Origin: an uncultured Bacteroidales bacterium
GTDB taxonomy: Bacteria; Bacteroidota; Bacteroidia; Bacteroidales; G3-4614
Assembly: GCA_949297125.1 (NCBI GenBank)
Contig: CASFRS010000013.1
Location: 822 to 64,821, forward strand
Direction: 5' to 3'
Length of the DNA: 64,000 bases
The notes under the pieces: generated by a model
What the model saw: the letters and a program-made list of their open reading frames with translations, nothing else
Told to the model about the DNA's origin: nothing
The model's database searches: none
Translations under genes and position numbers: made by a program
Shown here: piece after piece, positions 48,017 to 57,836 of the stretch
Layout: every line of letters begins with the position of its first letter
Position numbering within the stretch: the stretch's first letter is position 1

Positions 48017-49232
48017 TTGCCCGTCCTCCTTGTTTTACGCGTTTAAGCCTGTTTTTTACGTTCGCCTCTACAACGAAGTAGTCGATAAGCGGAGCGAATA
48101 CGTTCATCAGCAGAACGGCAAGCATCGCCCCTTCGGGATATCCGTTATTGTAGAGCCTTATTATGATTGTTATTACACCTATCAAGAACCCGTATATGTA
48201 TTTGCCGAGAGTTGTCCGCGAGGCTGTTACAGGGTCGGTAGCCATAAATACGGCTGCGAATGCAAACCCGCCGAGACAAAGGTGGTCGACCGGTGAAAGC
48301 AGCGAACCGGGATATGCAGGGGTGGCGAAAAGGTGCGCAATCAACGCCATTACGTATCCGCCGGCGAATACCGATACCACTATGCGCCAGTTGGCTACGC
48401 CCGTTGCAAGCAGTATTACCGCACCTATGAGGATTGCCAGTGTCGAGGTTTCGCCTATCGAACCGGGTATCAGGCCGAAGAACATGTCCCATGTCGAGAG
48501 GGTTTGTCCGAGCGTATCGGTCAGCGCCATTTCAGTTCCGGGAACATGCGTGGCAATCTGTCCGAGCGGGGTAGCACCGGAGAACCCTTCCACTACGTTG
48601 CCGGCTCCTATACCGAAAGTATCGGAGGTACGTACGAATACGGCATCGCCCGACATCTTTGAGGGGTATGCAAAGAAGAGGAACGCCCTGGTTATCAACG
48701 CTACGTTGAAGATGTTCATCCCAGTTCCGCCGAATATCTCTTTTGCGAATATTACCGAGAATGCCGTCGCTACGGCTATCATCCACAACGGAGTGTCGAC
48801 CGGCACAATCATCGGAATCAACATCCCGGTTACGAGAAATCCCTCCTGTATTTCGTGCCCGCGTATCTGCGCACTTATGAATTCTATTCCCAACCCTACT
48901 ACGTAGGCCACTATTATTTTGGGGAGTACTGCCAGAAAGCCGTACAGGAACATCATCCAGAACCCTGTTTCCATACCGCCTATAGCAAGGTAGTGCTGGT
49001 AGCCCACGTTATACATGCCGAAAAGCAGCGCAGGCATAAGCGCCAGTACAACCACCGACATCGTACGCTTGCTGTCTATCGAGTCATGTATGTGGACTCC
49101 CGTTTTGGACGTCGTATTGGGTACGAAAAGGAACGACTCGAACCCTTCAAACACCGAGCGCAGTTTGGAATATTTTCCGCCCGGCTCGAAATTCGGTTTT
49201 ATCTTATCGATATATTTCTTTAATCCGTTCAT
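48009..49232 (-). CDS. nqrB: NQR subunit B
   Basis: 407 aa polytopic protein with FSGATPLG FMN motif. Confidence 0.93.
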   Translation of the reverse strand: MNGLKKYIDKIKPNFEPGGKYSKLRSVFEGFESFLFVPNTTSKTGVHIHDSIDSKRTMSVVVLALMPALLFGMYNVGYQHYLAIGGMETGFWMMFLYGFLAVLPKIIVAYVVGLGIEFISAQIRGHEIQEGFLVTGMLIPMIVPVDTPLWMIAVATAFSVIFAKEIFGGTGMNIFNVALITRAFLFFAYPSKMSGDAVFVRTSDTFGIGAGNVVEGFSGATPLGQIATHVPGTEMALTDTLGQTLSTWDMFFGLIPGSIGETSTLAILIGAVILLATGVANWRIVVSVFAGGYVMALIAHLFATPAYPGSLLSPVDHLCLGGFAFAAVFMATDPVTASRTTLGKYIYGFLIGVITIIIRLYNNGYPEGAMLAVLLMNVFAPLIDYFVVEANVKNRLKRVKQGGRANE

Positions 49233-49247
49233 ATTTTGTGTTGTCCG

Positions 49248-50603
49248 TTAGTTCATCTCTTTCATTAATTCGTCCAGCCCGCTGCGGATTATCTGCTGCA
49301 GCGGAAGTTTTGAGGTATCGACAAATTCGCAAAGGGCGAAATCCTCCGGCGCCACTTCGTATATGCCGAGGTTTTCCATCTTGTCTATATCGAATGCTAT
49401 GACCGCCTTTACCAAAAACTCGGGAAGTATATCCATGGGGAATACCTTGTCGTACTCGCCGGACATGATTATGCCGCGTTCGCCGCCCCTTATCCTCGCG
49501 TCTATATCGTACTTGCGTTTCTTTCCTCCGAGCCATGCCGGGAATGTGTGGCTTACGCTGAATTTCCCGAACCCGGGGGCTGCCCACCCCATAAACTCGT
49601 TGCAGTCGTCCCCTTCGGGAATTACCGTTATCTGCGACGAATAGAAACGCAAATACCCTTTTTCGTCTATCCGCGTTCCGGTAAGGACATTTCCGCTTAT
49701 AATGCGCTTGTTGCGCCCGTCTTCTTTCAAGTTGCCCTCAAGCAGGACATCGGCCGATATGCCGACTACGGTATTAAGGTACTCGGGACGTTCCACTTCC
49801 GACCCGGTCAATGCTATTACCCTTGTAAAATCGGGTTTGCCTGTATTGAAAAGGCGTCCTATAAGGAGAAGGTCGAACGCCGATATTGTCCACACCGTCT
49901 CGCCTTTGTTTACGGGGGCTATGGCCGCTATCTGCACTCCGACATTGCCGACCGGGTGTTTTCCCTCGAAACGGACTACTTCGCACCCGGGCACGGAAAC
50001 GGAAACAGGGTCGCCGTTGTCTGTGCCGAGATAGACTTTCCCTTTTGTCAGGCGGGTAAGGACCAGAAGGCCTGTCTTGAGGCTCTCCTCCTCGCGTTTG
50101 AGCACCAGGGAAAACGCGGGCGCAAGCGGAGCGGAGTCGATAGCCGTAACGAATATGTCGCGCGGCGTGTCTTCGGGATTGGCTATTATATCGTAAGGGC
50201 GTTGCTTTATATACGGGAAAAGCCCGCTTTGCAGAAGCAGGTTTTTTATTTCCGTTTCGCTCATAGCCGCCGCATCGGGCTTGCCGAAGTCGACCGCATC
50301 GAACTTGTCGTCAGATTTCAGCGTTATCTCCATTACCTTGCGGCGTTCGCCCCTTACTACTTCTACTACTTCACCGCTTACGGGGGAAACGAAATTGACT
50401 TCGGGACGGTTCTTGTCGCACATGATAGGTGTGCCGACCTTTACCTTATCGCCGCTTTTCACCAGTATTTTAGGTACAACTCCGTGAAAATCGTCCGGGA
50501 CCAACGCATAACGCGAACTTTTGGCCGCATTGATTATGACATTGTCGGCTTCACCTACCAACGGAATGTTCAAACCTTTCTTTATCTTTATAACATTTGC
50601 CAT
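49248..50603 (-). CDS. nqrA: NQR subunit A
   Basis: 451 aa, MANVIKIKKGLNIPLVGEA…. Confidence 0.93.
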   Translation of the reverse strand: MANVIKIKKGLNIPLVGEADNVIINAAKSSRYALVPDDFHGVVPKILVKSGDKVKVGTPIMCDKNRPEVNFVSPVSGEVVEVVRGERRKVMEITLKSDDKFDAVDFGKPDAAAMSETEIKNLLLQSGLFPYIKQRPYDIIANPEDTPRDIFVTAIDSAPLAPAFSLVLKREEESLKTGLLVLTRLTKGKVYLGTDNGDPVSVSVPGCEVVRFEGKHPVGNVGVQIAAIAPVNKGETVWTISAFDLLLIGRLFNTGKPDFTRVIALTGSEVERPEYLNTVVGISADVLLEGNLKEDGRNKRIISGNVLTGTRIDEKGYLRFYSSQITVIPEGDDCNEFMGWAAPGFGKFSVSHTFPAWLGGKKRKYDIDARIRGGERGIIMSGEYDKVFPMDILPEFLVKAVIAFDIDKMENLGIYEVAPEDFALCEFVDTSKLPLQQIIRSGLDELMKEMN

Positions 50604-50628
50604 ATTTTCCTATGGATTTTACCGGATG

Positions 50629-50636
50629 CAAAGGTA
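50629..50636 (-). promoter_or_regulatory. -7 box TACCTTTG for nqrABCDEF
   Basis: rc of caaaggta, 26 nt upstream of the nqrA ATG. Confidence 0.55.
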
Positions 50637-50718
50637 CAATATTTATATTAATTCTACCAAAAATTACAGATTTTTTTCCATAATTGAGCATTCTGTTGGC
50701 GAAACCGCAATATTTGGC

Positions 50719-50726
50719 TATTTTTG
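50719..50726 (+). promoter_or_regulatory. -7 box TATTTTTG for folB
   Basis: It ends 19 nt before ATG 50745 and overlaps the tracked ORF start at 50724, which is therefore unlikely. Confidence 0.5.
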
Positions 50727-50744
50727 TCTCTAAAGAGTACATAT

Positions 50745-51107
50745 ATGGAGATTCTGAACAGCTGTATCGAACTTAAGAAAATCAGGATATACGCTTACCA
50801 CGGGACCGTTGCCCAGGAACGGACCGTAGGGAACGACTACGAGGTAAGCCTTAAGGTCCTTTTCGACATTTCAAGGGCCATGGAAAGCGATGCGATAAAG
50901 GACACGGTCAATTATGCCGATTTGTACGACATAGTGAAGTGCGAAATGATGCGGCCGTCCAACCTGCTGGAGCATGTTGCCGGCAGGATAGTAGCATCCG
51001 TAAGGAAGAATTTTCCCGGAATCACCGGAGGCGAACTGGAGATTGTCAAGGTAAAGCCCCCTATCCCCGGCGACATAATCGGTGCGGCCGTAACTGTAAC
51101 TTTCTAA
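50745..51107 (+). CDS. folB: dihydroneopterin aldolase
   Basis: MEILNSCIELKKIRIYAYHGTVAQERTVGNDYEVSLKV…VNYADLY…. Confidence 0.88.
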   Translation: MEILNSCIELKKIRIYAYHGTVAQERTVGNDYEVSLKVLFDISRAMESDAIKDTVNYADLYDIVKCEMMRPSNLLEHVAGRIVASVRKNFPGITGGELEIVKVKPPIPGDIIGAAVTVTF

Positions 51108-51118
51108 CCGGAACGGAT

Positions 51119-52399
51119 ATGCTTAAATTTATTCTGACAGCCTTCGTCCTGTGCGCCTCCTGCTGTATGGCTAATGCCGGAGACAAAGGCGTATTCTCTT
51201 ACAGGACAGCCGGTGTGGACGACAGGGTACACTCGCTTCAGGTCGAATCGGGCAGAGGTTTCCTGTATCCGCCCGTGATAAACCTCGGGGAAGAGGACTT
51301 TGTTGTCATATCGTTCGACCTGTTCGGCGATGACCAGCAGGACCTGAGCTACAGGATTATCCACTGCAATGCCAACTGGACTCCGTCGCAGCTCTCCACG
51401 CTGGAATATATGGACGGGTTCGACATACAGCCGCTGGACGACTGGGCCTATTCGTTCAATACCCACCGCAGCTATGTGAACTACCGGTTGCAACTGCCCA
51501 ACGACGATGTATCGTTCAAGGTTTCGGGGAACTATGTAGTGGAGGTTTTCCCGCAAAACAGGATGGACGATCCGGTTCTGTACGCCTGCTTTTCGGTATC
51601 GGAAGAAGCCGTGAAGGTGTCGTGCGAAGCCAATTCGCGGACCGACATGGGGTACAGCGGGGAGTTCCAGCAGGTATCGTTCAGAATAGCAAGGGAACGG
51701 TACGACATTGTGAATCCCGCCGGAGACCTTAAGATTTACGTGATGCAGAACAACCGGCTGGACAATATGGCTTTCGTGTCGCGCCCCCAATATTTCAACA
51801 ACAACGAGATTGTTTACGAGCATGACAGGAACCTGATTTTTGAAGCCGGGAACGAATACCGCCGCTTTGAAATGGTGGATACCCGATACAAGGGGATGCA
51901 CGTTGACAGGCTGGCCTATTTCGACCCGTACTACCATGCTATTCTGGAAACGGACCCTGTCCGCAGGGACATGAGTTATTCATACGATGAGACGCAACAC
52001 GGGAAATATTTCATAAGGGAAGCCGATTTTGAGGAGGAGAGCAGCACGCAGGCCGATTACTTTGTCGTGCACTTTACTTTGGATACGCGCGGCATGCTGC
52101 TTCCCGAAGGGGATATCTACATAGACGGCGAACTTGCCGAAAACAGATTCGGCGAACACAACAAGATGCTGCTTAACCCTGCGACCAACATGTATGAAAA
52201 AATAATGATGTTGAAGCAGGGCTCGTACAACTACCAGTACCTGTTTGTCCCCAAAGGGGAACATAAAGGGAGGAGCGGTGTCATAGAGGGAAACAAATAC
52301 CAGACGCGCAACGAATACCGGGTAAATGTCTACCACCGCCGTCAGGGAGAACGGTACGACAGGCTGATCGGTATGGGGCGATGCCTTACGTCGAACTGA
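51119..52399 (+). CDS. secreted DUF5103-like protein (possible T9SS plug-family protein)
   Basis: ATG at 51119, signal MLKFILTAFVLCASCCMANA. VISFDLFGDDQQDLSYRIIHCNANWTPSQLSTLEYMDGF…SFNTHRSYVNYRLQLPNDDVSFKVSGNYVVEV matches my recollection of the DUF5103/T9SS_plug first domain. Not verified. Confidence 0.45.
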   Translation: MLKFILTAFVLCASCCMANAGDKGVFSYRTAGVDDRVHSLQVESGRGFLYPPVINLGEEDFVVISFDLFGDDQQDLSYRIIHCNANWTPSQLSTLEYMDGFDIQPLDDWAYSFNTHRSYVNYRLQLPNDDVSFKVSGNYVVEVFPQNRMDDPVLYACFSVSEEAVKVSCEANSRTDMGYSGEFQQVSFRIARERYDIVNPAGDLKIYVMQNNRLDNMAFVSRPQYFNNNEIVYEHDRNLIFEAGNEYRRFEMVDTRYKGMHVDRLAYFDPYYHAILETDPVRRDMSYSYDETQHGKYFIREADFEEESSTQADYFVVHFTLDTRGMLLPEGDIYIDGELAENRFGEHNKMLLNPATNMYEKIMMLKQGSYNYQYLFVPKGEHKGRSGVIEGNKYQTRNEYRVNVYHRRQGERYDRLIGMGRCLTSN

Positions 52400-52402
52400 C
52401 AA

Positions 52403-52873
52403 TCAGCCCTCACCGTTCAGCTTCTCCCCTATCACCCGCGCCGCAATAGCCACGTACTCCGAACAGGGGCGGCGCTTGTAATATTCCGGCGTACGGTCGG
52501 ACGGTACGGGGTCGTCCTTTTTCTGCGCAAGCCCCAACAGTTCGCGGCATATTATGGAACCGTTGTGCTGACGGAACTTCTCCGCCAGTTCCTGTACTAC
52601 CGTATAATTTTCGGTCTTTGCCGCCTTATCGGCAGGATCGGCAGAAGCGTACTTTAGCCCGGCCAGCATGAACGAACCGCTGACAGCCCCGCATACTTCG
52701 CGCAAGCGTCCCATGCCGCCTCCGAACGAGGCTGAGACACGTGCTGCAAGGGTCTCGTCAAGACCGAAATAATCGGCATACGCCACTACTACCGACTGGG
52801 AACAGTTGTATCCGTTCTTGAACAGCGATACTGCCCGTTCTACACGCTCTTCTATGTTTACCTTCTCTTTCAT
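52403..52873 (-). CDS. C_GCAxxG_C_C family protein
   Basis: 156 aa with GYNCSQSVV…, CGAVSGSF and …CSEYV motifs. Confidence 0.8.
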   Translation of the reverse strand: MKEKVNIEERVERAVSLFKNGYNCSQSVVVAYADYFGLDETLAARVSASFGGGMGRLREVCGAVSGSFMLAGLKYASADPADKAAKTENYTVVQELAEKFRQHNGSIICRELLGLAQKKDDPVPSDRTPEYYKRRPCSEYVAIAARVIGEKLNGEG

Positions 52874-52877
52874 GATA

Positions 52878-53540
52878 TTACCATTTTATTGGGGCAAGCC
52901 CGTGTTGTACGAGATATTCGTTTGCACGGCTGAAGTGTCTGTTTCCGAAAAACCCGCGATGCGCCGACAATGGCGACGGATGCGGCGAGGCAAGGACAAG
53001 GTGCTTGTCGCGGTCGATAAATTCCCCTTTCCGCTGGGCATACGCACCCCACAACATGAAAACGAGATGTTCGCGCTCGTCGTTGAGCAGGTGTATGGCG
53101 CGGTCGGTAAACTCCTCCCACCCCTTTCCCTGGTGCGAACCGGCCTGATGCGCCCTTACCGTAAGCGTGGCATTCAGAAGCAATACGCCTTGCGACGCCC
53201 ACCGCTCGAGGTTTCCGTCGGCAGGTTCGGGTATTGCAAGGTCGTTGCTTATCTCCTTGAAGATATTTTTCAGGGACGGCGGAAACGGCACTCCGGGGTT
53301 TACCGAGAAACATAGCCCGTGTGCCTGTCCCGGTTCATGGTACGGGTCCTGGCCTATTATAACTACCTTCACTTTCTCGAACGGGCACGAATCGAATGCG
53401 TTGAATATCAGTTTTGCCGGAGGATAGACCTTCCCGGCCGAGTATTCTTTACGGACAAAATCGGCAAGGAGTCCGAAATACGGCTTGTCGAACTCCGGCT
53501 GCAACCTTCTGCGCCAACTCTCTTCTATTTTTACATTCAT
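52878..53540 (-). CDS. ung: uracil-DNA glycosylase (family 1)
   Basis: 220 aa with [15 protein letters not shown] and HPSPLSA motifs. Confidence 0.95.
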   Translation of the reverse strand: MNVKIEESWRRRLQPEFDKPYFGLLADFVRKEYSAGKVYPPAKLIFNAFDSCPFEKVKVVIIGQDPYHEPGQAHGLCFSVNPGVPFPPSLKNIFKEISNDLAIPEPADGNLERWASQGVLLLNATLTVRAHQAGSHQGKGWEEFTDRAIHLLNDEREHLVFMLWGAYAQRKGEFIDRDKHLVLASPHPSPLSAHRGFFGNRHFSRANEYLVQHGLAPIKW

Positions 53541-53665
53541 CTTTACCCGTTCTTTTTTACGCTAACCGCAACGCTCCTTTTCCGCATACCGCCCCCTCTC
53601 CTGTTTCTCTTTACGGGGGAGGGGAAAAGACCGTGCTTCAGGATATATCCTGCCTGTTTACGGAA

Positions 53666-53673
53666 CAAAGGTA
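53666..53673 (-). promoter_or_regulatory. -7 box TACCTTTG upstream of ung
   Basis: rc of caaaggta, 126 nt upstream of the ATG. Confidence 0.35.
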
Positions 53674-53774
53674 GCATTTAAGAATTTATCTGCAAATGCA
53701 TTTGTTTTAAAACAGGTATTGCCCGCACGTTTGCTGCCCCTCCGTACAGGAGCTGCGGCATGACTCCTTGCCGC

Positions 53775-53820
53775 AAAAAGAGAGGGGGGCGGCGCATCTT
53801 GCGATGTACCGCCCCTCTCT
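53775..53820 (-). terminator. terminator of the GH85 gene
   Basis: AGAGAGGGG(GG)CGG…CCGCCCCTCTCT stem. The minus strand continues ctttttgc. Confidence 0.65.
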
Positions 53821-53843
53821 TTTGTGTATTTGCCGTTACCGGC

Positions 53844-56800
53844 TTATTTCTTTATTATCGTCATTGTGCGTACGGCAACTTTGTCGGAGTTGAGAATGCG
53901 GACGATGTATTGTCCTGCATCGCCATTGACATCGAGGCGTACTATTTCGTTCTCGTTTACCGACAGGGTCTTGTTCTCTATCACCTTACCGTCTATGGCT
54001 ACTATCTGCACCGTATAGTCGCCGCCCTGGCTGAAGAGAATGTTAACATAATCGGTAAACGGATTGGGATATACTCCGAGCGATTCAGCCACGGTTGCGT
54101 CTTCTATGCCGCTCGGGTCGGTTACGGTTATGAAATCGACGCTCTGCGTATCGCTTCCCCACATGTTCTCAAGCGTAAGGCTCGGCGTATATTGGCCGGT
54201 TACATTGTACGATACTGCGGCTGTCCCGTTTTCCTTGGTACCGCCTGTCGACAGGAGCGTCCCGCTCGGGATATTCCACGACGCTTCGGTGGTAACGTCC
54301 AACGAACCCGAAAGTACGGGTATACCCAACTGGTCGATATTGGGAGCTACGTCAACAAGCCCGTCGTCGTACTTGATGTAACGTGCATCCCATTGCGATG
54401 CGCTACCCAGTGTACCCTTATTGGTGAAATGCCCGTCGTTGTTGAGCTCTTCAAAATCCCAGTAACCTATAAGGCCGCTGGGTGCTTCTCCCTCTACGCC
54501 CATCATATACTGCTTCACCTCATTGTCGTTGAGCACGCGGTCCCATACCTGGAAGTCGTCTATCCATCCGTTCATACCGCTCTTGTAGGTATTCGATCCG
54601 CCTATGTATACGTCGCCTACGCCGCACGATACGTTCTGCCCGCCGTTTTCAATCATTCCGTCGACGGTCTCAGCTACGAGTTTCCCGTTGAAGTACATCT
54701 TTTCGGTATTGTTCGTTTCGAGCGTTACGGCTATGTGCGTCCACTGCCCTACTTCTACTGCATACCCTTTGGACTTCATGTTCTCGTTGGGGTTGTCATG
54801 GGCTTCCCAGCCGAACACGTTGAATGATATTTCGTTGTCGGGACGTATCTGTACCCAGAAATCGCCCCAGTTGTTGTGCGGCCACTGCGAACACCCTTTC
54901 TTGAGTTTGTTTATCAGGTTGGTCCCTTGCGTATCGTGCGATATGGATTCAAGTTTGAACCACATCATATATGTATAGGGACGCTGGGCTATCATGTTGG
55001 GGAAATATACCATGTTCGGGTCATCCACCTTGATTGCCCTCGACACTTTCCCTTCTCCGAGACGGGATGCCACATAGGAGAGGTTCACCGTTTCGTTTAC
55101 GTCCGCCTGGTCCTTGTCGGCCGACAACGACCCTATAACGGGTATTGCCCCGGTCGATTCGGGCGATATCTGTATTATACCGCGCGAGAACGATGTAGAG
55201 CCGTCGCTGTTGGTTATCTTTATATCGTAAAGCCCTACCTCGGACAATGAGGTCTCTACGGAAACCGCATCATTCTCGGTCTTTACCACTTCGCCCGTCG
55301 TAGCATTTATAATCTCCCATTTTGCCGAAGCGTGGAACGGGTCGGCATATTTGGCGGTAAACGTTTCGCCGGGCTTGATTATGGACTTGTCTATCTCTAT
55401 ACCTTCTACTATTTCAGGCTCGGGCAGGTCTTTCCAGTCGCTCCATATGGGGGCCGATTCGGATTTGCCGTCCATGCTTACGGCCGACACGCCGATACGT
55501 ACCTTGCCGCCTTTTTCAAGATCGTATGGCGCCCCTACCACATAGGAGGCCCACGATGTGGTTGCCGTACACATGACGGCATCCATCTCTTCCTGCTGTA
55601 TGTATATCTTAAAGAACCATGTGTCTACGTCGGAGTTATATACTGGCGCCTGCTTGGTTGTAGGCATATTGAATATGACCTTGAAATCTATCCCCTTGTA
55701 GCTGCGGCCGAGTATCCTGCTGACCGTAATTTCGGGTGTGTCGGGCGTAGGGGAGGTTCCGCGCGTAAGCGATATTTCGCCTATCAGCACCTTGAAGTTA
55801 TTGGTCGTATTGGAGAACTTGAGCCCTATGAGCGCCAACGTAGAGTTATGCACTTTCAAATCGCTTCGGCCGGAACCTATGTTGATTGTCTTTTCAACCC
55901 AACCGTCGGAGGTCTCTGCGTTTGTGGCAATGGTTGCCTTAACCTCGGTCTTGGGCGCAGCTTCGGTAGAGCATGCCCATTCCATCTTTCCGCTTCCGGA
56001 AAGGACCTTGTAACGGATAGTCAGTTTGTCGCCTGTACGTGCGGTCTGGTATTTCGTCTTGAAAAGCTGGAGGTAGGCCGCAGTGGTCTCGCCCGAAATC
56101 TGGAGGCAGGAACCGCCGAACCACGCATCGGTCCAGTTGAATTCGGCTGTCATGTCGGTGGTAGCATCGCTCGGGTTCTTACCCATGAAGGTGCTTGTCC
56201 ACCACCAGCGCCATGTAGGCAGATAATCCTGCATTCCTATATTGTACCAGTCGCCGGTAAACTGGCGTTCGCCTTCTACGTTGTAGAACTGGCCGTTACC
56301 CATATTGAAGTATGTTACAAAGGGATCATCGGAAAGGTCGTCGCAGGTAAGGGCGCTGCGAGCGGTGATGAAACTGGAGAACCCGTGGAAATCGGTCTCT
56401 TTCGACGTATGCGCCAACAAGTTGGATATTGCAGGGGTATTTACCGGGTTGTACGATGAACCGGTGAATACGTTCTCGCTGACCAACTGGTAGGTTGCCT
56501 GTTTCTGCAACGGTGTCGAGCCGTTCTCTCCCTGCTGTATCAGGAGCATGTTGGTGTTGTGTGCGCCCCAAAGCCCGAACGATATGTTGTAATTCTGCAA
56601 ATCGAGCCATGCAGCCGTCGAACGGCCCTGGAAATCCATTCCTGCGAACACGTCGAACGAGGAACGTCCCTGAAAACCGTTGGCCGTATTCTGGGAGAGC
56701 GAAAGCTGGTACGAGCCCCAGTTATAGTTCAGGAAATATACCGACGATACCGTCTTGCCGTTATAATGGAACCAGTCGGAACAGCCGCTGTCCAGGTAGC

Positions 56801-57545
56801 TGTAATCGCCTGTCCCTCCGCTGTTGCTGGTGAAGGAGTACCATGCGTTGTTGAACAGGGGAACGCCATATGCTTCGGCATTTGCATAACAGTCGCCCAT
56901 AAGGTTGCGGAACTTGTTCATGTCCAGATTATACCAGCTGAACTCGGAGTTCCACCCCACTCCGTCTACGCCGTAATAACGCAGATACCTCAAAAGCTTG
57001 TCATATCCGCCGTTGTAGAGCGCGGCTATGGTGGAACCGTGCCCTCCGTCAGACGGCGACGGAGATGCCCCGTAAGGCACCGACGCTACCACACCCGATG
57101 CTACTCCGTTCTTGTGGCAGGCATCGAGGAATGCGGCCGGAGCCTGAATCATCGGCGCTGTCCAGTTGCCGTATATATCCACATAGCTCCACATGGAAAA
57201 TGCCTCGCCGTTGAAAAAATACGACGGAAGGGCATTCCAACCCGACTCGTTGATCGGACACCACCACAAGAGTTTGCGTGCGGGGTTCAGATTCTCCTTC
57301 ACCTGCGTTTGGGTAAAGGTAAACCTTTCGCGGGGTTTCACACGGGAGATGAAAAAGTTTTCATTCTCTGCTGCTTCTGCATCGTTACGGTATAAAGGCT
57401 GTCCTTCTGTCCAGTTCTGGTACGCCTCATACCAACTTTGCGTTTCGCTCCCCACCTTCACATATTTTTCATGCGAAGGGGTAGTCTGCGCTGATGCCCA
57501 TGCGGAAGCGAAAGCAATTAAACATAATAATGCCAGTCTCTTCAT
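53844..57545 (-). CDS. T9SS-sorted endo-beta-N-acetylglucosaminidase (GH85-like) with LamG and PKD-like domains
   Basis: 1233 aa with signal MKRLALLCLIAFASAWASA|Q. GH85-like DGVGWNSEF (N-x-E) and FNMGNGQFYNVEG…WYNIGMQDYLPTWRWWW. LamG-like …WTHIAVTLE…IDDFQVWDRVL. C-terminal 78 aa LGVYPNPFTDYVNILF…RTMTIIKK form a T9SS type-A CTD. Confidence 0.7.
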   Translation of the reverse strand: MKRLALLCLIAFASAWASAQTTPSHEKYVKVGSETQSWYEAYQNWTEGQPLYRNDAEAAENENFFISRVKPRERFTFTQTQVKENLNPARKLLWWCPINESGWNALPSYFFNGEAFSMWSYVDIYGNWTAPMIQAPAAFLDACHKNGVASGVVASVPYGASPSPSDGGHGSTIAALYNGGYDKLLRYLRYYGVDGVGWNSEFSWYNLDMNKFRNLMGDCYANAEAYGVPLFNNAWYSFTSNSGGTGDYSYLDSGCSDWFHYNGKTVSSVYFLNYNWGSYQLSLSQNTANGFQGRSSFDVFAGMDFQGRSTAAWLDLQNYNISFGLWGAHNTNMLLIQQGENGSTPLQKQATYQLVSENVFTGSSYNPVNTPAISNLLAHTSKETDFHGFSSFITARSALTCDDLSDDPFVTYFNMGNGQFYNVEGERQFTGDWYNIGMQDYLPTWRWWWTSTFMGKNPSDATTDMTAEFNWTDAWFGGSCLQISGETTAAYLQLFKTKYQTARTGDKLTIRYKVLSGSGKMEWACSTEAAPKTEVKATIATNAETSDGWVEKTINIGSGRSDLKVHNSTLALIGLKFSNTTNNFKVLIGEISLTRGTSPTPDTPEITVSRILGRSYKGIDFKVIFNMPTTKQAPVYNSDVDTWFFKIYIQQEEMDAVMCTATTSWASYVVGAPYDLEKGGKVRIGVSAVSMDGKSESAPIWSDWKDLPEPEIVEGIEIDKSIIKPGETFTAKYADPFHASAKWEIINATTGEVVKTENDAVSVETSLSEVGLYDIKITNSDGSTSFSRGIIQISPESTGAIPVIGSLSADKDQADVNETVNLSYVASRLGEGKVSRAIKVDDPNMVYFPNMIAQRPYTYMMWFKLESISHDTQGTNLINKLKKGCSQWPHNNWGDFWVQIRPDNEISFNVFGWEAHDNPNENMKSKGYAVEVGQWTHIAVTLETNNTEKMYFNGKLVAETVDGMIENGGQNVSCGVGDVYIGGSNTYKSGMNGWIDDFQVWDRVLNDNEVKQYMMGVEGEAPSGLIGYWDFEELNNDGHFTNKGTLGSASQWDARYIKYDDGLVDVAPNIDQLGIPVLSGSLDVTTEASWNIPSGTLLSTGGTKENGTAAVSYNVTGQYTPSLTLENMWGSDTQSVDFITVTDPSGIEDATVAESLGVYPNPFTDYVNILFSQGGDYTVQIVAIDGKVIENKTLSVNENEIVRLDVNGDAGQYIVRILNSDKVAVRTMTIIKK

Positions 57546-57740
57546 TTTGTTGTGTTTTGTTATTGAATTATATATGCTGATTTTTCAACTAATGTCTTCA
57601 AGACTCCCCCTCCTGCTCCAGTTCTTCTGTTCCGTACGACGGACAGATTGCAGCCCGACATCTACCTCCGAGCGGGTAAAGATAATACATTCTTTGCTAT
57701 TACGGAAACTCTGCAGCCTTTATCTTTTAAAGGCCGCAGG

Positions 57741-57787
57741 AATAAACAAAACGGACTCCGGAAGAGGAAAACTTCCGGAGTCCGTTT
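57741..57787 (-). terminator. rho-independent terminator of tkt
   Basis: AAACGGACTCCGGAAG…CTTCCGGAGTCCGTTT, a perfect 16-bp stem. The minus strand continues ttttgtttatt. Confidence 0.85.
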
Positions 57788-57836
57788 CAATCCATTATGC
57801 CGAGGGAGCCCCCCTTCTTCATATCCAAACGGGGCT

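Noticed and set aside
53693-53704. 12-bp perfect palindrome CAAATGCATTTG upstream of ung
   Set aside because: It is AT-rich and sits in a promoter-like region. It overlaps TTTG-type promoter elements on both strands and is likely coincidental.
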